Below, piece by piece: positions 39,978-54,900 of a DNA stretch of 64,000 nucleotides. The notes below the pieces were generated by a model. It had not been told where the DNA came from and made no database searches. It worked only from the letters and a program-made list of their open reading frames with translations. The stretch is from Lingula anatina (Eukaryota > Animalia > Brachiopoda). Position 1 is the stretch's first letter. Each line of letters starts with the position of its first letter. The DNA lies in contig CM120640.1 in NCBI GenBank assembly GCA_051362555.1, forward strand, positions 19,654,001-19,718,000. Direction: 5' to 3'. Position numbers and translations under genes: made by a program.

Positions 39978-42900
39978 TCACTGATTCATCACTCCAGTGT
40001 GTCCTGTGGCATTGGTCTGACTGTGTGGTATCTGTCCCCCCTGGGAGACTGAAGGGGAGTGATTGGTGATGATCTCCCATAAGCAGTTAGAGATTGGTGT
40101 GGATGCCTCCACACTGCTCATTGCCACATAAGTCAACAGGTGTTCATGCTTCTTCAGGACACTAAGAAAGGTACAAAACAAAACGTGTGAAGAATTTCAC
40201 ATTTCAGCAATCACATCAATTGTAAACTGTTTTTCTGACTAAAATTTAATGAACTATAAGCTCTTTATAGACATTTAACAAGTTCAAGAGTAATGGCTGT
40301 ATAAAATATTCTGTGAATATTGATGAAACTTTGATAAACCAAGCAAAGAAAATCTTCATTGCATAAGAAAATACTTTGTAAAAATAAATATAAGTACCTT
40401 CTTCCATGAGCAGAATATCTGGACAGGTTTCTGAGAATCAATGCAGATGTTAGACGGATGTGCTTGGTTACTGGTCCTTCCTTGGGTTCCTGGAAAAATA
40501 GACAAATTTTGTGATTTCAAATATCAAATAGGAAACAGAATCTTTGCAAAAAACAAATTATCAATGATACCTTTGGATAAATACTATATATTCTACGTTT
40601 TAAGTTTAACAGTTATTTGGTCATGTTCATCTAATACATACCATAATCTGAATAAACTAATACAAAATTTAAAGTACCCCAGTTGTTCACTTTACACTGC
40701 AATCAACTCGATTACAAGATGCAATTTTCAAACTGCATGCTAAATTAATCTTTATAGTGATACCTGAAGATGTATGACATGATTTTTGTCTTAGGTATCT
40801 GTTTGTATGATTATCTACCAGATTTGAATAATAACAATTCTTACTGTGAGCTCTGGATAAGGCCTTCTGCTGACAAATCTCTTGATAGCTTGCCATGCAG
40901 CATCCTCTGGGTATGTGTGGGCGGGTGGTGGGGGTGGAGGAGGCTGGGGTGGGTTGGCTCCTGTCAGAGCCACCTGGTGACGCCGCATTGCTGCTGCTTT
41001 GAGGGCATGCTCAGTGCAGTGACGTTCCTGGAAATGGTAAAAAAAAATTTATGAGATTTTCCCCCTTTTGATGACATAATCCAAAGACAAATGTTACCAA
41101 GTTTACTCATAAATCTGAGTCAACTTCTTTTCTTTATTCTTCAAGTTAAAAAGAATATGGTAAAGTCTGCAGTATTCAAGTTAAGTGCAACTGAAGATGA
41201 TACAATACAAAACCTTCAGATAGAATAAAATTCTCACACTTAAGTTAACCATGAAATTTCACTTCTCTTTTTGTATCCTTAAAGATAAATTATGATAATC
41301 TTCATCAAATATGACAATAACAATATATCCCTGGCATATATTTTTTCAATTCATTTGATACCTGCACATGTGTCACATGGGCCCACTTCTTTCTTGGTAT
41401 GTTATCACAGTTTTCCCACAAGCACTTGCCATCTGCAGGGCAGTGAGACTTGTAAGCATGGTGGCCAACAGCCTTGGCAGAATCAAACACCCTGGAATAA
41501 TAAATAAAAGAAGTTTAGTAACAGCAAAATTGGGCACATTTAGGTTATATTTTTATGATCAAATTTCTCTGACTAAAGAATGTCTCGAATGAAAATCTTT
41601 AATCGAACCTAGAAATGATTTTTACAAATATTCTACAATAATATACAATTTTTAAACTAAATATCATATCCCCATTTTAAAGTAGATCATCTTTTTGAAA
41701 ATATGTGTATGCAAGATTAACCTTGTTTGCACCTTCAATTTCTGCCAAACTTTCACTTTAATGTATTATTGACAGAATACTTACTTTCCACATCCTTTCC
41801 ATTCACACATATACTCTGGTCCCATACTCAGACTTGAAATACTGGTGGAGGAAGACCGCCTGGACTCAATGCTACTGGCTCGGCTTCTGTTTTTCTTCTT
41901 TGGTTTTGGTGTGGTCCTCCCTCCTTCCTCTGTTGCTGGTCGTTTCTTAGCTGGGTTAGGGGAGCTACTTGATGAAAGATCTGCTGGTGGTGATGTGGTA
42001 GTTGCAGGATTTCCAGTTGAAGACGGATTAGAGGGCAATATTGGGTTGGATGGACCGTTTGTTTGAGGTTCAGAATTACTGTTTTGTGTTTGTTGTTCAG
42101 TTAATGATTGTTCCACTTCCATGTTTTCTGGTGAGACTCTTGAATCTGGCATGGATGTCTCGGATGCCTCAGCTACCACCTTTTCTTCACCCGATTCAGT
42201 CTTAGTGCATGGGTTACTTGCATCATTCACACACACAGGCTGTTTGGTAGAACTAGTGTCTGAATATACAGAGGAATTAGCATCTTTTCCCTTTGGTGAG
42301 GTTTCCTGTGGAATGGCAATTTCAACACAAGGCTTGTCAGAATTAATGTCACTTACACTGCCGTGTTTTGATTTCTCTTTTAATTCCACCCCTTCTTTAA
42401 TGTCATTCTCTTTGATGGCACTATTAACATTTTCAGATTCTGAAGATAAATGCTGCTCTGATTCAATTTGCTTTGGCTCAGATTTTATAAACTCTCTGTT
42501 TGCAATGTCCGATTTAGTAGCTACACAGCCATTTTGCTTTGGTTTTGTAGTAGCAGGTGAAAATTCCTCCTGAACAATAGAATCACCTTTTCCACCTGAA
42601 TGATTAACCAAATGTAATTTCTCTTGATCTTCACAACTCATTCTCAGTAAATCTTTTTTCTCCTCATATGACATTCTCTTTTCACTGTCTGAAATATCTC
42701 CATTGCCAATGTGGTTCACAATACCATTCAATCTGACATGCTCCTTTGACCAGTATTTCTCCAACATTTCTCTTTTGTCCTCTGTGTGTTTCTTAATATC
42801 ATCTCCTTTTCCTCCTGTATCTATTACACCCTCTGGAAGTCCATTCATGACTTTGTGATTGTCCTTTTGAGGTAGGTTTGGTTCACAAGGTGGACTGGGC

Positions 42901-45900
42901 ACTTCTCCATTCACTAGAATATTTTCATGAAACTTGGACTCAGAATTCTCTTTGTTAGCTGCAATATGGTTGACCAGATGAGATTCTGCATCTTTTTCTA
43001 TTAATTTTTCTGTCCTCTCAGAAGAATCTTTTCCATCGTTCTCTTTTTGTCTAAATGCTTGCTCTGCTTCATCTCTCAAACTCACTCTATTCTGAACATC
43101 AGAAACATTATCAGTTAAAGAAGAGGTAGTCCTTTCACTACTGTTCGAATGTCTATCTGCTGGACTTACTTGTGAAATGTTACTAGGACCATTTTTTCCA
43201 CTTTCTGAATTATTTGAGTGATGAAAGTGACTGGCCTCTTCTATGCCAGTATCCCCAACCACTTGTGTAACAGAAGAAGCTTCAGAGCAGCTGCTTGTTC
43301 TAGAACTGAGAGGAGTGACTTGATCTGACCTAGCATGTTCATTTTCAACACGTTCAATTCTAGCCTCTACAATCATATCAGAGTGCATAACAACCTCTCT
43401 GGCTCTCTCAACTCTGCCACAAACCTCAAGACTATTTCCCTTTGGTGAATGTGGCGATGCTGCATGAGATGGAGATATTTTCTCAGATGAACTGTGAGGT
43501 GATTTAGTTCTACTTGGAGGCGTAGAGGCAGAGTGTGATGGTGATGAATTACGTGGAGAATTTGGTCTGGACTTTTTCTGACTTTTGACCCCATTTTTCT
43601 GACCCTGTGTATTAGCCATAGGTTGCCCCCACTGGGAAGGAGAGGGGTACTGACTGTTTTGTGGAGGTGGTGGTTGGTTACCATAGGAACTGCTACCCTG
43701 AGTTGACATGGGATGAAACTGTTGGAAGTTTTGTTGATTGCCATAGTAACCTTGTTGTCCAACTGATGCTGTATTGTGCCTTGCATTATATGGGGGTGGC
43801 ATGGACTGCGGCTGGGCACCAGAGGGGGAACTCGAGACAGTGACCACTGTAGGCGAGACTGTAGTGTGCCTGTCAGCCATCTGCATCTTCACTTTATTGG
43901 CCAACAGGGATTTGATTAATGTAGAATCCCCAGGCCGTCCAGGTCCAGCAGGGGGTGTGGGTGTCCTGGAGAGCTGTGGGGAGTTGGGCCCTGGGGAAGG
44001 TGGGGCTGGGGACCCTGTAGGACTTGGTGTAGGGCCTCTGTTCATTAAGGCCTGCTGGATGGAAGCATATTGATGATTCTGGCCTGGCCTCTGCCACACC
44101 CCTTGATTGGCCAGGACAGGAGATGCCAGCTGCTGCTGTAGTGCAGACTTGGGCTTGCTGCTTGCTGGACTTGATGCTGTTGCCCCTGGTGATGACCAGC
44201 TGACCCCAGGCTGACCAATAGGAGGACCCATCCCTGGTGCCACGCTGGACTGCTGCTTCATACCTGAGAAATTAGTTTCAATAAAGTATTATGTGGGATA
44301 ATTAGAGCCTTGGGACAATTAAAATTTATCACTTGGAAGTCAACACCCATTAATACCCATTTTATATACACTGAAGCCCCATGGACAGGTTTTTTTAAAA
44401 AAGTTTTCCAAAGCCCTGCCTCAATATACTGCACAATGTATTATTCACTAAAATGTACAGAACATTACAACAGTTGGTAAGCAACAAGGAAAGAACAGCA
44501 GGCCCTTCTTACAAAATATCTACAAAGGAACACAGCAACAACAACTACAACAACAAAAGACTCAGTTCATCGGCCACAAGTTTCAGAAGTTTAACTTAAT
44601 ATACAAATTGCATCAGAAATTTTCAGCAGCATTTTCTTTTCTATCTGCATTGTGTGGACCCCCCCCCCCCCCAAAAAAAAATAAATAAATAAATAAATTA
44701 AAAAAAAAAATTTCCCTTTTTTTTTGTCCACTTTACTAACTCAGGGATCAGTTTTCATCCATATTTTGCCTTCCTTTCAAGTGACTTAGAGCCACTAAAA
44801 ATCTAACCTGGATACTGTGAGTACTCAGGCGGTAGTCCCATGTATGGCGGCCTGGGCGGGTACTGCGCCTGAGGCATGGGAAGAGAAGAGAGGCGGTGTG
44901 GTGGGTTTGGTGGTGCTACCATGTGACCTGCAGAGTGGTGGTGTGATGAAGACGGTGCAAAAAGTGCACATGATGATTGTGGAGTTAGATGAGCTGAAAG
45001 CAACCACAGATAAAAGACAGTTCCAATATTACCCTACTCGTGTACTACAAGGTTTCCACCATGGCTGGACTGTTCATGTGGAGTGAACACTTCATCCATG
45101 ATAATGACACCAAGTGCAAGTTGCTCTGTCCAATTTGATATTATATTGATATCTTGCATGCTTGTGGAACACATATGGCTCCATTTTCAACATTTAGAAA
45201 GGAAAACCATTTTATAAAACTTTTTAAATAAAACGGTAATATTGTTAATATTTTAAGTAGGTAATATCTCAACCAACTTGATAATATTTCAAGCATGTCC
45301 AAATATGTAGAGATACCAATTGAACTATCAAATTTTACAGAGCAGAATCAACAAACAAAACAGAACAAGGCAGCAAAGCTGTCAAATGTACAGACAAAAA
45401 GCAAGAAAATAACTATGCACAAAATAGGCTACTGTCAATTCTGATGCAAAAGTACATTCAACATCAAATTTTAATTATGCTCAACAGGTAATACCAATGA
45501 AAGTAAAATGTGTAACAAGCATAAGGCTTCAGGCCCATGAGAGTTCAAGTTCACACTTTGAAAATGTATAACTTCCAGAAAAAGAAGCCAATTAGACTGC
45601 TTTTCCAACTCGGGCTACATGCCGATTTTCGAACTTGACCTCCGTTTTAGTAAGATCGATTACTCCTGAGAGTTTCACGACAACAGGCCTGTCGGTTTTC
45701 CTGGAAATGTGTTTACAGTGTTGCATATATGTTGAAAAGTGAAAGAAAAAAGCATAACTTCTACAATAATGGCCTGATCATCCTGATTTTCGAACTTGAC
45801 CTGCGTTTTATGAATATTCATCAGCTCTTTAAATATAAAGCCCAAAAGTAAAACTGCCTTCCACTTATCGTGTTTACAATGAAAGTGCAAGGTGCCAGCA

Positions 45901-48900
45901 ACGGCGATGACGGCTACGACAGACACAGGTGATGGCAATATGTACAGACACATCTGTACATATTTTCTGTACTGTTTGAGAACAGTAAGTGACATGGTTT
46001 TTCTTAAATGGTCATCATGGGAGCAGTGCCCAAAATAGGTTTTTTTCAAATTTTGATGCAATATTACATAATGTTTAACAGCATAATGACCATCAATTTT
46101 TAAGAATAAAATATTAGTATCATGGATTTTCAGAAAATGTGACTAGCAAAGGTCTTCAGGCCCATGGAACTTCAAAGCCACAACTTGAAAATGCCAAAAT
46201 GTGAACAAGACAGCACTGTTCTGAAATGGGTTTATTTCCATTTTTAACAATTTTTAACATAAAACAAAATTAACAGTTTACTGCCATTTTTATATTATCA
46301 ACTAAGAAAATTGATGAGATGCGAAAAACATCAATAGAATAGTGTTAAATGTCCAATTTCTTCCATTCTGAGATTCTGAACATAGTGAATGATTCAATCT
46401 GACAAACTGCAATGATATGAGTTTATTTCCATTTTTGAAACTTTATTACACAATACACAATAACAAGTTTAACATCATTTTTACAAAATCAACTAACAAT
46501 GTTGTAAAGATGCAGGAAATGTCAAACAAACACTTTTACGTATCTTATTAGTTTAATAATGAGACTGTTAACATGCCTAAGAATTGAATCTGAGGAAATG
46601 TGAAAAATATGCTGAAAAGTGAAAAAACAGCATAACTTCTACAATAATGGCCCGATCATGCTGATTTTCGAACTTGACCTGCGTTTTATGAATATTCATC
46701 AGCTCTGTAAATATAAAGCCAAAAAGTAAAACTGCCCTCCACTTATCGTGTTTACAAGGAAAGTGCACGGCGCCGGCATCGCCATCGCCATCGCCATCGG
46801 CGACGACAGACGCAGGTGATGGCAATATGTACAGACACATCTGTGTCTGTACATAAAAAACATTAAGAAAGAAACTTAAATGTGAGTTACTGAAAAGTAC
46901 ATTAAAAGCTTCAGATAGAACCAAAGTAGAAACGAACACTACTGAAACACCAAAAAGCCATATTTTATACAAAATAGTTTTATAAGCAAGAGCAACATAT
47001 GTAAAAGATAGTGCAATACAAATGTGTTTTTAAGTGCAACTAACATCTCTTTCAATAAAAAGCAAGTCCCACATCTCCTAGCATGCAAACAGAGTAAGCC
47101 AAATACAGAAAAAGAACACCAAAATTAGCCTCAAAATTGTAAGCCAAATTTTGAGATGAATACCTGGTGGAGGGAAAGGCAATGGCACCATTTTTCTTCC
47201 AATTCCACCATAGCGGAATTCCCCCATTCCATCCTGTTCCTTCTTTAACACTTCCACTTTTGGGAACACCACTCTGCAATTCAATAATATTGGTGCATTA
47301 TTATAATTGTATAATCATATATAAAATTTAAGTTTGATTCTGAACATAATTGAAACAAGTAAAATGTTAAATCAAAAATATCAACAAATCAGATATAGAA
47401 AGTTACACATTAAAAATATATAATCTTCTGGACCTCTGTTTTAATCATTTTCTAAAATTATAAGAAAAGTGTCCTTTTTCAAATCTCACCTAACACAATT
47501 ACAGAAGTTCAGCGCAGGGAGTACATTTCCAACACTGAGTTTCTGACAAGTGTTCACAAAGTCTGCATACAGCTCCACTCTGGACACACTGGTGTTGGCT
47601 TTGTACTCATAGTAACACTGGAGCCTGAAGTGTGGAACCACATATTACACTCTCTCCAGCATATTAAGTGGCCATTAAAGACAGTGACAAAATAATCTTT
47701 CTTGATTTTTTTTATGTAGGACTAAAAGATACAGCAAAAGCATCCTCTTTAGAAATAATCCATGTCAGAGTATGGAATCACGCCCAGAACCTTTTTAAAA
47801 GTTAACTGAAAACAATTTTCCCCATCTCAGTTTTTTTCCCCCTCATTTTTATCAATCATTTATCTACTGGCCAAATGTTGTATAAGCAGCCACCCTTTAA
47901 ATTAATTTGAAATCACTTCCATCATTTAGACTCACCAGTTACAAGCAAAAGCTTCCCTATCCACAGGCGCTGGTTGCTGAGCTTGCTGCAGTTGTGGCTG
48001 CGCTACTTGTGTCTGTTGTGCAGCGGCCACCTGAGGAATTGGCCCTGGCAAAGTAAAATTCAAATGTCATAGTTTCATGCACAAAAAAAGGCCATCAAAT
48101 GAGGACCTGACAAATCTGGCACTGACTAAAAAGAAATTATTTAAGAATAACAGCAAGAAAATAAAATACAAAACACTTCAAATATAAACTGATTTTTTCC
48201 ACCCCCACAAAAATTAACAATTCAATACCCATATATCTTGCATAATTCATTACTGTAATGTAGTCCAATTTTAAAAAAAATACAACTACTTCATATTTAT
48301 CACTATTACATTTGAAAATATTCTCTGTATCAAACCAGGTGATAGGTCACAAAGCTCCTGCCTGGTGACAACAAATCTGGGACCTGAAGATAAGGTGAAG
48401 AGAAACTGAAATGCTCATCCAATTGCCAAAGCTGATGCCACCATGCAGCAAATTAAATGGCCCCAGTTCACCTTTTCTCAAGACACTGGACTTAGAAATT
48501 GTGACATGCCAATGGATAAACAAACTTTTTAGCTAGAAATCTGATCACTGTTGTATGTGATCTGACAATCTTATAAAAGCTCAACTAAAAGGAAATATAT
48601 ATATCCTTACTTTGTACTTGCATCTGTGCAGCTGGCAAGTGCTGTGTTCTTATCTGTGGCTGAGGGGAAAGGGGCGTTGGGGAGAAGGGCACTGCCTCCT
48701 GATGCTCAACTACCTTGATTCCTATGAGAGCCCCTGCACCAAATGTCTGTGCCTCTATAGTGACCAAGCTTACCAAGGTGTCTGAAATAATGGACCAGAT
48801 ATCCCATGTAAACAATATGGATAAAAACAATTTAACGCATGTAAACAGTGGCAAAAATACAAAAAACATTATATGCACATATAATTACACACATATGAAC

Positions 48901-51900
48901 CTGTACATGTTAGTTTTATCAAATCTTTTACAGAAAAACCCAGCCAAGCTTTAGTATATAGTTAACAGATTAGAGAAAATGTGATCAAAGAATTGCCTGT
49001 AATCAGTGGGTGTGAAATTGTAGGCAAAGTCATTTTACTGAATTAGAAGGACAGACACCAAGTATGCTGATGAATGATCCTAGGCTGCTGAACTTACCTA
49101 CGCTGTACCTGACATCTGCTATGTTTGTGCTGGGAATCTCTCCCAATTCACTCAACTCGTACAATGCATCCAGGGTATAGACTATCAGCTCTATGTCTTG
49201 TACTGTTAACATGGACACGATCTGCTCATATACAGGAAGCTCTAACCCTTCAGTGAGAATGTCTTCATTGGCATCCACCTGACACAATTTGGACAATATC
49301 TCCATGCCTAAAATAAAGCAAAATGTTCATTCATAGTCACTTACTTTGAGCATTATCATTACCTTTTAATTGCTAATAAAAAGAACATGGTATCCAAAAT
49401 TGCATATCACCCTTTTTTATTCTGCTCAAGTTTATACAACTTACATTAGCCTTTGTTTGCGAATAAAAACTTCACAATTTCCCTCATTCCTCAAAATAGA
49501 GTCATTTACAATTACACTGCAATGTTGGCATAATTTTCCTTACCTCGCACCACTTCAAATCTATCTTGTGAAGTCAGACATTTATGAATGGTTTTGAACA
49601 GCAACTGAGTGCTTACAAAATCTATTGGATCTAGCACCATCTGGAAGGAACAAAAAATCTGAATACAAAACACAAATCATACCAGTTGGTCTGCCAAATT
49701 GCACATTTGAAGTCTCTTACACACATCTATCTATCTTTATAAGCTATATTACTGACGACAACCAATTTGACACAGGAAATGTTTTATTCCCACAATCTCC
49801 ATTGTCTGCATGGCCTTTGTGTCTAAAATTTGTGGCACTGCATTAAACACAACAAATCCCTTATGTTTACATTTGCTTCTTAATAACCTAAAAATACTGG
49901 TGTATTCCATCTCATTTCTTTCTTACTTTTTAAGTAACTGGGTCACATTGTCATGCTTGGGAACATTTGCTTATTTGTGTATAAACTGATATCTTTTGAG
50001 TAGGGGAATCAGTTTCCTGTAACTCTACCAGATCACCGTTTGTGTGGGCAAATTACAGTTTCCTGTAGCCTTATCAACAGCACTGCTTGTGTGGGCAAAA
50101 TATACCAGCAAAAATCTGATCAAATCTCTAACAATCATGCCCTACAATGTCACAAATAATATATACTGGACTTAACTACCAAGGCTAGACAGGATACCAG
50201 ACAAGAGCTAATTATCAGTCCTGCCTCAAACATTTTATCTATGGGAAATAAAAAACAAAATGGTATATGTGGTCGACCAGAAATGATTTTCAAATGAACA
50301 TGTTCCTATGACTATGTGACATTAGCAGACTACTGACCTTTGGAGCAATATTCCCCAGTGTGTCCAGTGCCAACTGTTTTATGGAGAAGTATTTACTGTA
50401 TGAACACAATAGCAGGAACCTACAATAAGCATAATGAAAACAATGATCAAATACACTATCTCTGTATGCTGCAAGCAACTATAGTGCAACATATAAAACT
50501 GATCCCACTGCATGTGTCAAGGTAGCTGATATACTTCATTGCTCCCTTATAACAGGTAGATTGTGAAACCATACAGGTGACAAATTTAAAAATTACAACT
50601 ATGACTCAACAGTAAAATAAAACGGCTGTCTGCATCCTGAGACACATTACCACCGCATCATGAAATACATCTTATACAGCACCAAACTAATGGGATGATC
50701 TTAATTACCTACCTAAATGCCAAAATGCTTTTGGCTAAAAATGCAGCATTTTCATCATCAAATGACAAATTCCTTAATATAACAGCAATCTGTAAAAGAA
50801 AAAACATAGGATGATGCAATATAAATTAACAAAATATATTAAATTATATAAATGGAAAGGTAATTTTGAAAGTACTTAAAGAAAGACATTCCAAATATAT
50901 GAGAATCTACAAGTAATCATCTTACCTGAAGCACCCTGTGACCTTCAATATCCTTGACACCAAGGTCACGTCCTAAATGCAGCACCATATCCCCAACAAA
51001 CTCTTTCTGGAGGTACATTTCTGTAGAAAAAATAAAAACCATCAATTTTACTTACTTGGATTAGGTGCTAGTTAGATATAAGAACATATTTTGGGGGCAT
51101 TGGATAAAGCAATACATTCGACTAATTCTAGCAAGGTTTATATGCACAATTTGTATTAAATAAAGCAGTGTTACCTTTCTCTCTTTGTTCTTTATTTAGA
51201 GTGATCAGCTCCCTGATATCATTTTCTTGCACAGCATCATACCAAAACTGGAAAAAAAGATCAAATTTAAATTGGGAATCTTCTGAAAGAAAACAAAAAG
51301 TTTTTAAGCTTTAGAGCCGAAAGACAGACAAAATGTTAATTCTTTAAGAAACAAGTATTTTTATTTCACAATTTAAAAAATATCCTAGTGATGGAAAAGA
51401 TTGCCTTTGTAACATACACAACCTTATGTAAACATACGTACCTTCAGGAAATTTCTCTTCACAACAGGTCTCCAGCCTCCTTCATAGAGAGGCCGCAAGG
51501 AATCTTCACCTGTTGGAAATAACACAGTCAGTTAAATATATTATAGGGCAAGATACTACTGCAAACATAAAATAGCCCACATAGTCTGAATTTCTGTCCA
51601 AATTAGTGAGAATACTGCAGGCGATACATGGTACAAATAAAAAAAATGACATCACAACATTATGAGGGTGCATATGGATGCAGGCTACTTGAGTAAACCA
51701 GTTATAAAACATATTTTAAATGTTTAAAACATTCACATTACATTGGGTAGTATTGACAACTATCTTAAATATCCCATGGCTAAACCAAGACATAGCTAAT
51801 TTAACTTTAAGAAATCTTAAAGTAAAGAAATCTAGATCACATGGTAAAATCTATTCTTTACAATATTTACTACACCTCCAAGTTAATCACATACCATCTT

Positions 51901-54900
51901 CAAATATCCCTGTGTGTGCCAGCAGTAAGGCCAGCAACTTTGGAGACTTGTCTAATCTAAGTGTCCTCTTACTGTCATTAGAAAGGAGCGTGCACACATT
52001 GACGGCAAAGTCTACTTCATTTGGCAACCCAGACAGGAGAGATTTCTCAAGTTTTTCATAATTATTTATAGCAGCAAATTCTGTTGACATGCCCACGTTG
52101 GTACGGATTGAATCTAGGTCAGGAAATAAAATGAGGCAATTGGTGATTTTCTTTTTCTATGACCATAATTAATGTCTATTTCAATATAGATTTCTGACAA
52201 GAATTGGCTTAAAATTTAATGCACAGGATGCATTTATTTTATCAACCTATTTAGACATGCATCATCTACAGGGGTTCCACAGTAACTGAAACCCATACAA
52301 TCAAATGTGTTAAACTTGTGCATCTGGCCATACAAAAATGGAAATGAGTTGGCAATACATTGCTTAATGCCATTGGAATGTAATTTCCTCTCCTTCACAA
52401 TGTTGGAGTAATGTATGAGTGATGCAGGCTAACACTCACAAGATCTTGTGAAACATTTAATCCTTTATGTTGGTGATAACAAGGCATCATTGAACTGGTT
52501 TTCTACTGCATCAAGACATAATTAGCCTTAAAAGTTTTTATTTTAACAACAACAAAAAAAAAAATGCAATCTTACCTAACCCAAAATGTCAAGTTTAAAA
52601 CTTCACAACAGAAAAGTGTGAATTATCATTTTATTTAAACATTTATATCGTCAACATTTAAAAAACAGAGAAAAATGGGATGTGGGGGGAGATTATGATT
52701 TTTATAGAAAAACAAAATGATTTTCTGTTACTAAACTCACCTGGCACATCATGCTGCCTATAGTTATATCTGAGAGACAAGGCTCCATGAACTGACTGTA
52801 TCTTGGGTCTCCTTTGAACAGCCACTGCTTCATCTTCCTCAAAATAATAGGGCTGATCTGGATCCTCTCCTTGGAAGTGTACTTTTTCATAGAGATCCAA
52901 GTACCTAGAACACAAATAAGACATTTCTTTTATAAAAACAGATAGATTGAAGTGCCTGGATGAAAAAATTCACCATTAAAATTTAGCCTCAGCATATTGC
53001 ACCAGTGAATGAAGGAGCATAGGGTGTTGTTTTCAAAGCAGTTTCTCATGTGAAGTCACATCCAGTACCGTTTTAGCAAATAAAAAATCCCTTCCAAACA
53101 ATGGCTTTGCCTGGCACCCACACTTCATCTAAACCTAAAATTAACTGTTTGATGCAATGAGTGATTAGGTAGGTTGTGGGATAGCACAGCTTCTAGAAAT
53201 GATTCAGACTTTATAACTGCACTTTATCTACTTTCTGCCAGAGGTCTCAAAACATCTGCAGTATAAATGGTGATTGATGCAGTCTAACATGTTGTTTTGG
53301 TTTCACTGTTGCTACTATGTGTTTTATACCTATAAAATAGCTAAAGATGCACTGAAATGCTCAACAAAATCATGAGTAAAAATATGATGATAATTACATT
53401 ATATAAATATATATAATATATAGTTATTTGTCTCATGATAATTATTTCAGAATAACAGTTCATATCAACCATCTTCCTTTAAGGTGGAACCATCAAATGC
53501 ACTCCCTTTAAATGTGCATAACCTTCCTGGATTGTTTTTTCCCCCCAAGTTTATTCTGTATGCATGATATTGTCTGCTTTATGCTCAGCTAAACAAGTTT
53601 GTTTTTATCTAGTGCACCCAGTGCCTAATGCAGACACTCAACTTGCTAATAATGCTAACAGACTGGAAAGTCTAATTATTTTCTTTCCTCGTCATATCAA
53701 CCCAGACAGATTTTTCCTTTACGCATACCTCTTTTGCTATAAATGTGTATAAACTGCATCAAACTACACATCTTGAGAACAAGATGATCTTAGGTCACCA
53801 ACTATGAAAATAGATGCTCTGCATGAAGACAATGACCTTCTCTATGAATATGCCACTGTGCTGTACAAATATCAAACACATAATTGAAATGAATTTGCCA
53901 AGCCTTGGTGGACAACAATGAGTCCGTCTTCTCAGTTTAACATTACGCATATAGAGTATATATTTATATACATATATATATATATGTATATATATGTTTT
54001 TTTTTTGTTGTTGTTGTTAATAGAGAAAAAAATATTATGAAGTGTTAGTGTTTAACTGTTAACTAAAATATAATTTTTACTTGGATAGAGCTAGGATCCC
54101 ATACAAGGATTCAAGGATATAAACAGGTGTTAACTTCCTTATTCCATATAAAAATATTGCCTTTACTATACTGCTCTAAAGATTTTAAAGACTTAACATA
54201 AATGTAGTTTCTTTATATCAATTGGATAAGGCTTCCTCATTTTAAAGACGATTAAATAAGTAAACCTCTAAAAAATCATGAATTACTCAGTCACCAGACT
54301 AATGATGACCTAACGTGACTTTAAGCAAAACAGAATTGTTTACCTTTGACCTAAGTGTGACTGTTTATCACAGTCAACCTAATTCCATTCTTAACAACCC
54401 TATAACAACAGCTCCATTACCATTTCTCTCCACGGTCTTACAGGTAAATCGACACACAGAGAGAAATTCTTAATCCTTTGAGCATAAAACCTCAGCAAGA
54501 AATAATAACACAATTAAACGTGGCCTACATTGACAGGCTTATTGTCACGATTTCAAACAAAGACATCCTCGGACAGGTGAGATTAACAGTTATGACTCTG
54601 TTAACATATGCAACACAAAGAAAATGCAGGTTCACATACACAGGAATTGCCAGCTGCAGATTGTTTGGTCAGACTGGCATAATAAAATGCTCTCTATCTC
54701 TCTCTCATTGGGAATTTGAGCTTAACTAAACTCATGCACACATACATCAATGTGCCCCTACCTTGTCCAATATTAATGTCAACTTTTAATATAATGCTGA
54801 CATGACCCATGAGGTCACTATACAGACCAATACTCGGGCATACTCTTGCAAAGTATATAATAAGTTATCAAAACACTGTAAATAATTTTCTTGAAAGATA

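Noticed and set aside
40764-40814. Possible extra ARID2 exon in intron 20
   Set aside because: It has an in-frame TAA in the required phase, and exons 20 and 21 join in frame without it.
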